DNA of 63,444 nt, filler included, from Choristocarpus tenellus KU-1152 (lineage: Eukaryota; Protista; Phaeophyceae), in NCBI GenBank assembly GCA_964200185.2. It is 8 parts of 8 records of this genome, joined end to end, with 100 filler letters (N's around TTAATTAATTAA, not from the genome) between each part and the next. Parts side by side here need not be neighbours in the genome. Positions count along the whole stretch, not along the records: positions 41,972 to 56,827 come from CAXNAD020001104.1; positions 56,928 to 60,731 come from CAXNAD020017829.1; positions 60,832 to 63,444 come from CAXNAD020026270.1; 5 more parts are not named here. One strand, 5' to 3'. Positions 55,223-63,444 of the stretch are shown piece after piece. The position numbers and the translations under genes are program-made. The notes beneath the pieces are model-generated. The model made no database searches and had not been told where the DNA came from. It worked only from the letters and a program-made list of their open reading frames with translations. Within the stretch, counting starts at the first letter, position 1. The number at the start of each line of letters is the position of its first letter.

Positions 55223-56807
55223 GTGAGACTCATAGAGATGGGAATTAGGGCTTGGGATAGTATTGTGAGGGTCAGGGATAAGGTGCTTTGGGATAACTGT
55301 GGTACTTGAGTTTGGGTTGGGCTCTGATTAGGGTTGGGGTTAGCAGTGCTGAAAGAGAAGAGTTACCTTGGCACTTAACACTCAAAATATCTTGATTTTC
55401 TACACAATTGTTCCCCTATTGAAAGAAATTTTATAGTTGCCTTCCTACCCTGGTCATTCCTCGCGAAATGCACATTTCTGTAGCTTGTGTGGAGTAAGAA
55501 GAACAGGAATATGCACGCAAATTTGGTGTGTAGGATTGAAAGGGCTTGCTGTATGTATTGATGCGTCACATCTATGATGCATTCCTACTTATGCCTCTTA
55601 ATAGTACATTATGCAGTCAACAATATTTTTACCTTGATGTTCCACCTGTCAGAAGCATAAAACAGTGATCTCCTACAACAGATTGTTTTCTTGATTTCTT
55701 TGTTTTCTTGATGAAGAGATAGTGTTAATAAAAATTGGACATTTTTGCTTAACTATTGCTCCATTCTTGACCCAACACAAACCTATTCTCACTGAAAAGC
55801 TTTAATTTCGATGAACTAGCTAGAAGTATATAACATCCCCAAAATTGTGCTAGGAGCGTTCCCCTGATGCAGAGCAATCTGTTAGCAAAAAAATATTGTA
55901 TTCAAAGGCGATACGGTTGGTTGGGAAACTTGATGAATGACAATACTTTTGACCTTGGGTTAGTTGAGGAAAGTGGTTGTCTTCTCCGACATGATCCTTG
56001 GTCCTGAGTGGCGTTAATTGGGGTCAATGGGCTATGTTCACCGCTGCAAATAGGTAATAAAAGGTTCGCCCTCAGTTTTCGACTTGCAGGTCCTACCTTG
56101 ACCTTGCTCCAGAAGAGGAGCCTAATGGAAGTGCTTTTGTACAGTGCTTCAGGACCAGAATCCATCCAACCTCCCCCTCCATTATTATTATTTGGAGTTG
56201 TTTTTGGTGCGTCATGAAATGATGCAAAATACATGTTGCTTCACAGTTTTCTGAATACACAATGTTAGTGCACGAAGTATATCCTCTTCGTTACTTGAAG
56301 AGAGATGAGTTGTATAGTTATCTTTCATTAGTAATATATTCTCTTCTCCCCACAGTGTGGTGGTGGATGGGTTGTGGGAATTGTAAGCTTCATTCAGTTC
56401 CCATTTTCTTAAGGAATCTAATGGCTATTATCCCGCATGCTGATTCCTTCTGTGAGTGAAGAGTTCTTTTTAGAGATAGAAAACACGTTGGGTTCAGCCT
56501 TCACGCCAATTTTTCCTGTCTCCTCCCACGAATATTCTTTTGGATCTAGCTCAGCGTTGCTGGGCAATGAAACCTTGCAACCTTGTTCTTGGTCTGGCAT
56601 TTTTGTGGTATAATGACAGATGGGATAATAGCTTGGAGGTGCACAATCCGTAGTGCTTGCCATGTGGACTTGGGGATAGTTGAAAACAGATTTCCATGAG
56701 AAGAAGTCTGGCGTGGAAGAGGTTGGATGGAACCCGCTGAATTCATGCAGGGAATAGTTTCTGTTGATCACTTGGTCACAAGAGATACCACCTATGTGTA
56801 ACTAACA

Positions 56808-56827
56808 GGCCAAAGGTATCTGGGGGG
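56808..56827. mobile_element. MITE family A TIR at contig end
   Basis: GGCCAAAGGTATCTGGGGGG immediately before the linker. Confidence 0.55.
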
Positions 56828-56927
56828 NNNNNNNNNNNNNNNNNNNNNNNNNNNNNNNNNNNNNNNNNNNNTTAATTAATTAANNNNNNNNNNNNNNNNN
56901 NNNNNNNNNNNNNNNNNNNNNNNNNNN
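56828..56927. other. Artificial contig linker
   Basis: N44-TTAATTAATTAA-N44. Confidence 0.99.
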
Positions 56928-59068
56928 CTGTTTGTGGAAGATAAAAAAAAAAAGGAACAACACTCACCTCGAAACAAATCAAAACAGATCAAAACAAATC
57001 ATCCCACAAAAAAGAACATTAATAGCGTCAACAGCTGAGAGTCTACAGTACATCAGGAAACGTGAGTGGGTGTACGTATCGCTGAAACGCCTTCCTAACA
57101 ATCTTTTTTTTTTTTTAACAGACAGAAAAAGGAGTTGCTTGGGAGATTTGAAGGTTTAGCTTCAGGTGTCCTGCATCTGCTGGATAATGCACTAGAGCGT
57201 GACTAAGCCAAGAATGGTGTCTTCCAAGAGGAGAGTACAATTCCATCTCAAAAGATGGCACCAGAGCTCTCATGGGAGGAGGCTAAACAGTTGTTGCCCC
57301 AGCGCTGGAGAGAACATTGGAAACTCTGACCTATGCAGGGACAGGACATCGACTAGCCCTCAAAAGAAACACTCAACACAACACTTTTGATACACCTGAG
57401 AGGGCACGTGGGGCTGGGCCTACTTCAACCAGTGGACCAATGAGCACGCGCAATGGAGGGGGGAAAGCAGCCGTAGCACTTTTGCAAGACAAAAGCAAGA
57501 GACTATCCTCTGTTACTGCACAGTAGAGTATATTAACACTCAGCTCAAAGATGCACACACTATTTCCATCTGGTCCTCCTGTTGCATAGCTCGGTGACTA
57601 GACTGTGATCAACCGTATTCCTCCTCCTCATCTATTTCACCCACTCCCCATGATCAGTCAGCTCAACCTTCAACCGATGCATGTCCTTGTCTCTCAGGTG
57701 CCCAAGGACACGACCAAACAGAAAAATCAGAACAATTAACCACTGATTTACAGCACCAGCAAATTACAATCAGAGCAGTAGCATCAACACCACTAGGAAA
57801 GTTAATCAATAATTCAGCAATACACCAGCATCTACCACTACAAGCAGACCAACGGATATTCTACCTGTCCTCGAATCACCTCCCTTGCCCTCCATCCCTT
57901 CACCCTTTTTCAAGACATCAGAAAAAACAAAAACAAAAGAAACATAGATACTCCAGAGCATACATTATCTGTCAAAATCGTTCTATAACTTTATGTACTT
58001 GAAAGGATTACACAGCTTGTTGCTGTGCAACTGAGGGCAAGACAATGACCACACCTACCCAGTACACCTACCTACCAAAGGATAACAATTGTTTTTTTGT
58101 TTTGTTTTTTTTTGGGGGGGGCGGGGGGTCACTGTAGTCGGGCAGAAAAAAATAGAAACAACATGTTCAGAAAAAAAAGGCACTCCTGCCCACCCCGATA
58201 AAACCGTCCTTGCGCAACCTGAAAAGCTCTGCTCCGCTTTGCAATGAAAGTGACATTTCCACATCAAAATAAAAACAATCGAACGCAACAACTTTAACAC
58301 TATCCATAACCCTAACCCTAACCCTCACCCTTCTTAGTCTTCCCAGTGTGCACTAACAAATACTTCAAGAATTCATACCACTATAGCATAACACGCCATT
58401 GTAACAGTTTGGGCTGTGCCTGCCAGTGCTAAAATTGGCTCGCGATAATAGCAATAATATTATGTTGCAGTGCAACACGAATATATGTCGCCGGAAAAAC
58501 TTTGGTTGTAGTGTGAGGTCATAAAATGCATTACAGCACGGCATTACGGTATGCTATCATAACGATCGAGTAGCAGTAGAGCTGGTAACATTGTGTTGTA
58601 CCACAACATAAAGCGATTGCATAGCATTCTGTGTTATTCCATTCTGTGTTATTCCATAATACGTTGCTATGTTGATCAAACAGGCAACAACTGTTGTGCG
58701 TATGTTCAGGACTGGAGAGTTTTGATCATTCACAGTGTTCTACTACATACACATGTCCATCTTTACTCTACCAAACATAACACAGTGTAGAGTGTTATGT
58801 TGTCCAAGGTGTGCAAGTACAAACAAACACACACACACACTCACGACAGAAGACAACACAAACCTAAAACATAGAGTGCGTGCAGTGATAGGCTCAGGTG
58901 TGATTTGACATCATCATCCACAACAACAATCCTTCTACCTAAGAACAAGCAACCGTTGCAATGCTAGAAAAATCTATCCTCCCATACAAACACTCCGAGG
59001 ATACTTTCCCCCATCAAAACTCATTCTATGCTCAAAACACACATACACGCATTTGTATATATATATAT

Positions 59069-59250
59069 ATCCATTAAGTAAAACAGGTAAAATATATTCT
59101 TTTTTTATATATCCATTAAGTAAAACAGGTAAGATATATTTCTTTTTTATATCCATTAAGTAAAACAGGTAAGATATATTTTTTTTACATGTATCCATTA
59201 AGTAAAACAGGTAAAGTATATTTCCTTTTTACATGTATCCATTAAGTAAA
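59069..59250. repeat. ~40-bp minisatellite, 5 units
   Basis: ATCCATTAAGTAAAACAGGTAA repeated, with T-rich spacers. Confidence 0.9.
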
Positions 59251-59384
59251 ATAAGAAGATGCAAAAAAGAAAAACAGGCAATAAACACTCTTCCACTGGA
59301 CCTTAACAACAACCACTGTAATTCATTGAGCACGCCCCGACTAAACTCTCCACACACAAAGCCGTTTTTTAAAAAAATAATCAC

Positions 59385-59661
59385 CTTTCTCGGAGAGAGT
59401 TTGGGGTAGGCAAACCATCGGCGGTGGTGAAGAACCTTCCAAGAACCTTCCACAAACATACTATCGAGGACACCTGTCCACAGCTCACTCCTATCAAATT
59501 GCCCAGTAGAAAGTAGCATGTACCACGGGCCAATCAAAAATGTTGAGGTTGCTAAAAAACAGTCAGGCGTACTTCTCTTCAGGGGTGCAGGGGGGTGTGG
59601 GGCAGTGGTAGCAACGATGGCCTTGGGACATGGATTTGACATTGTGGAATCTGAGCTCTGC
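59385..59661 (-). CDS. Probable internal exon of a hypothetical protein
   Basis: Acceptor acttgtag, donor AAG|gtgatt, 277 nt open (…PWYMLLSTGQFDRSELWTGVLDSMFVEGSWKVLHHRRWFAYPKLSPRK). A further candidate exon lies at ~57515-57395. No family recognised. Confidence 0.45.
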
Positions 59662-60201
59662 CTACAAGTAGTAGCTTCCTAGTCCCCCTCAGATCGTGCT
59701 CAAAGAACAGTCCTATGATTGATGAAAGAGGAGGGGGAAGGGAGTCTGGACACACTCTGTTTCAATCCTTGACTAGAAACTGTAACCTTTGCAAATTAGA
59801 AGGTAATGATAGGCCTAACTGCATATTAGTACAATCTCATTAGATGTAAGGATGGTTGCAGTCATACTCTCTTGGTACAAAAACAAAAGGCACCTGTGGT
59901 GAAAGGGAGTTGATACCGTCTTAAAACCAACCCCCGGCACTTAAGCCCCAGAGCAACATTTTGAAGGCCTGTAGGCTCCAGGGCGATTTCCATGAGCTAC
60001 GGGTGAAAAGCATAGTGCAATGGAGGCAGGCCTCCATGAGTTGCAGTGTATCTTCAAAGAAAACAGAGCTTCTAACCCCACCAAACATCCCTTTGTGTTC
60101 CAGGAGAACAAAGTTACACCACTACTCCTTGTTCCTTGTACCACTCATCACTGCTGAAGACCTCTGGAAAATTAATTCGTAGCAACTATAGAGAAGTTGG
60201 A

Positions 60202-60232
<31 letters not shown>

Positions 60233-60731
60233 TACATATGCACATAGTACATATGTTCTACTACTCTAAACCTCTTTGCAACCTATCAAAATAAACATGG
60301 CATATCAAAGGAACTCTGGGGTTTCCATTTTTCGGTCGGACGCACTGTCAGAGTCTTGAAAAATAAAAATAAAAATAATCTAATGACTCACCCCCCACAT
60401 CAGAGTCCTAGGTATACCTACTCTTGAATATTCTGCATTGGGCAGAAGGATTCTACAATGCATGCATGATACAAGAACATTGCAATAGTTCTTGCGCCCT
60501 GTTGCATTGGAGATGGTTGAAAGATTGTTAGGCCGAGTCTAGAGTCAAGGCAACAACTCTGCCCAAAACATGTAACAGTCTCACCGGGCATTTCGGTGTG
60601 AAGTAACTACTCACAAAGACAACCTAGTGTCAGGCCTGCCAGTGCCACCATACTTCAATCATGAGCATGCCATCCCAAGTACCCTTGCCCCACTCCCCAC
60701 ACTGTACACAGGCACAGAGACAACCCACTAC

Positions 60732-60831
60732 NNNNNNNNNNNNNNNNNNNNNNNNNNNNNNNNNNNNNNNNNNNNTTAATTAATTAANNNNNNNNNNNNN
60801 NNNNNNNNNNNNNNNNNNNNNNNNNNNNNNN
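60732..60831. other. Artificial contig linker
   Basis: N44-TTAATTAATTAA-N44. Confidence 0.99.
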
Positions 60832-62061
60832 ATAAATAATTTACCGTAACTGTCCGATAGAGTTGGAAGAGTCTAATCGAACAGAGGGCTCCTCGTCTCT
60901 CTTCACCTTGTAGTATGAGCTCTCAACAATCAGATTAATGTCGCTGTCACTCACATTCAGAGATACGAGCTTCTGATACATGAAAGATTATTTGAAAACA
61001 ATCATACACTACATATATAAATTCACCCCATAGATTGGGGTGGCTCGAACCAGTTGGAGCACGTCACTACCAGCTCTCTTTTGTATTGCGTATGTGCTAG
61101 GAATTTCATGTATCATGTGTTCGTGGCCATTACCATAGTGGCTAGTGATAATGCGACCTTTGTCACAACTAACCCATATGCCTCCAATAACTATTTTTGC
61201 GGAGCATTTTAGATTTTACAAGACATTTTCGTGGGTGGGATGAAGTGCTGTTAGCATTCAGACTTTTAGATGCACAGTTATTCGGATCCTCAAACGAAAA
61301 TGCTGCGACTGACTGGCTAACTGATTGGGTAGGTCGTGTCTTTGTATCGCCCTAAACCGCACCACAGCAACCTGTTTGCTCCCATCCATATTGAAGCTAT
61401 TCAGGAGTTCATAAAAACAAGTATGATTCACTAGCTGAATGTGTTCTTTCATCTCTGTGTGGTAGTTAGGCAACAAAAAAGCTCTGTACAGGAAAGGCTC
61501 TCCCACTTCAGTCGTTTGTCAGTCACCTTAATACCTTTTTGAGAGTGCTTCCATGTGGATAGCCACATAGTTGCATCCAAATTTCCTCCCTCCCTTACCA
61601 AGCCTCCAGAATCCCTATTTCAACCTCAACGCTTGCACGCCGACCTTGAGAAACACACTTCCATGTTGGGGCAGTATTAGTTTGGCTCTTGTTTCTAACA
61701 ATGGAGGTGGTGTACGCGGATTTCATGGTGTAGCGTAAATGCATCACAGTATACCACTCCCCTGATATAGCTGGTGGAAATTTCAGAGTTTACAGATTAG
61801 CTGGTGGTCTACTGAGCCATATGCTTCAATTTAAAATCGTTATTTGGGACTAACTTTGGTGTGGGAGCTTTGGTCTCTAGGGGATGATGGGGGGTATACA
61901 GAATGGCCTAGCATCGAGGAAGACCTGTCACAGTAATTTCTGTTACGCTTATTTCGTGTGCTGGTATACAAGTATGTTATATAGTGTGATAGTTTCATGC
62001 ATGTTTTTGTAATGTTCGATACAATACGTTGTGGTATCGTATATAGAAGTATGATGCGACA

Positions 62062-62227
62062 GACCCAAAGTATCTGGAGGGGGGGAGGGGTCTACACCAG
62101 GGAGTCTCTTTTGGGAGAAAATCAGGAAAAGTGCATTTGCCTTGTTCATCCGACGTATGCAACCAAATCGCACAAAAATGGCGACATGAAAAAATTGACC
62201 TCAAATGGACAGTCGCCACCCTCCAGT
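62062..62227 (-). mobile_element. MITE family A, near-complete copy
   Basis: GACCCAAAGTATCTGGAGGG...tgacctcaaatggacagtcgccaccctccag; second TIR eroded. Confidence 0.85.
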
Positions 62228-62604
62228 ATAGGTAATGCACCAGGTGATGGATATCTCACGGAGACAAAGATACGCTTAAATTAATATATGTTATTATCCC
62301 CTCTGAAATTTTGTATTCTGTGTCAGGGGAAAACCTAACTAATATCACAAGGACCCCTGTTAAAGTAACAGTTATAGTAAATATGAAGATATCTCTGTAA
62401 ATATATTTTACTATTTAAATACCAGCAATACTACAACACTCCCAATATGGTTGGTAATTAAAATGCTGCGTGTATAATGCTGCCATGCCTCTAACCTAGC
62501 TTAGCTGTATACAAATGAACGAGGAGCTAGGGAAGCATCCAAATAATCTGACAGGGTCCTTCTAGCCCATCTGCAGGGTGTCTCCTAGCTTGAAAAGCAT
62601 CACA

Positions 62605-63150
62605 CATCTCAAGAGAGTACTTGTGTCGTAACAGACACTATTTGTCGTAAACGGGATTTGACAGCCCGTTTCTTGCTACAAACTCACGCTCCTCTCCTCC
62701 CGACTGCATGTGTAGCTAACTCACCCAAAAAATATTCTGCTTACTTCAGAGGCTCCTTTCCACCACAAAGGTTTTAAGTTGAAAACTACGAGGGTCAGAA
62801 GAACCCTCCTAATGGTTGCGCTTTGATGCCTCAGCTCCAGCAGCAGCTACACCATTGCTGGTGGATAAGTGCAGTAGATGGGAGACTGCTTGCATTTCTG
62901 TAAACGCAACATCCCGGAGGAGACCTTTGTCCTGGTTGGGAGTCAATCCATTTTTCACAGGTACTCTAGCATGGAAGACCACATCCATGCGAAAATTCGG
63001 GTTCACTGTCAATGGGACACCCTTCTCCAAGGTGGGAGTACTGTGGCAGGTAGTACAAGACCAGGTCATGTGTGTCGTTTAGGTGCTGAGGCTCACAACC
63101 TGTTGAAACCTGGGATTGAATTAATCGTGCTCTTGTATGGTGGCAGGTTG
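62605..63150 (-). mobile_element. Decayed non-LTR retrotransposon, C-terminal restriction-like endonuclease (RLE; CRE-like) region
   Basis: Pieces in order: HLNDTHDLVLYYL; RMDVV...GLLRDVAF...AVSHL...GVAAAGAEASKRNH*; SFQLKTFVVE; FLGELATHAVG; LRQIVSVTTQV. This fits the RHD...RxD...DV...AAxxAExxKxxxY...VE pattern, with stops and frameshifts. Confidence 0.7.
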
Positions 63151-63286
63151 GTTGTGGTTGTTGAAACCTGATTTCATATGAGTTGTGTGTTGTTGTGATG
63201 TGTCTGGTTTGTGATGAAGGAGATCGTAACGCAACAAAGCACTGATGAATGACCACACTGCTTCTATACACATTGCCACTACAAAC

Positions 63287-63444
63287 GGCTCAAAATATCT
63301 GGGGGGGGGTGGCGGCTGTCCATATGGGGCGCTTTTTTTAATGTCGCAATTTTTGTGTGATTTGGTTGCATACGTCGGATGGATAATGTAAGTGTACTTT
63401 TCCTGGTTATGGAACAAATGGACACCCTGGTGTAGACCCTCTCC
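63287..63444 (+). mobile_element. MITE family A copy running to window end
   Basis: GGCTCAAAATATCTGGGGG...GTGGCGGCTGTCCA...CATACGTCGGATGGATAATGTAAGTG. Confidence 0.88.

Noticed and set aside
58308-58331. True telomere
   Set aside because: Only about 4 CCCTAA units, internal to a contig.

Overview
This is eukaryotic, intron-rich DNA, not one continuous locus. Eight draft-assembly contigs (1-5084, 5185-10746, 10847-19239, 19340-33074, 33175-41871, 41972-56827, 56928-60731, 60832-63444) are joined by artificial 100-nt linkers (44 N + TTAATTAATTAA + 44 N). Gene content points to a flagellate-stage stramenopile, most likely a brown alga (inference from EsV-1-7 repeats, RSP3, plant-type GLDH and TTAGGG-type repeats). 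Most ORFs in the supplied track are spurious; the real genes are spliced and were rebuilt by hand from splice sites, phase and motifs. Genes: a partial Snf2/Brahma ATPase, a signal-anchored tandem two-domain UMP-CMP kinase, mitochondrial bL19 head-to-head with L-galactono-1,4-lactone dehydrogenase, a complete radial spoke protein 3, an EsV-1-7 repeat protein, and several unassigned exons. Most notable: (1) a Rickettsiales-like trigger-factor fragment inside a GLDH intron, a candidate endosymbiont-to-nucleus transfer; (2) two MITE families with unrelated interiors that share TIR ends and 3-bp TSDs, one present about 10 times; (3) the membrane-anchored double kinase; (4) two probable GC-AG introns and telomere-like or branch-point-like arrays at acceptors; (5) a possible ubiquitin-like tail on RSP3. 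No database searches were run; family calls come from recalled motifs.
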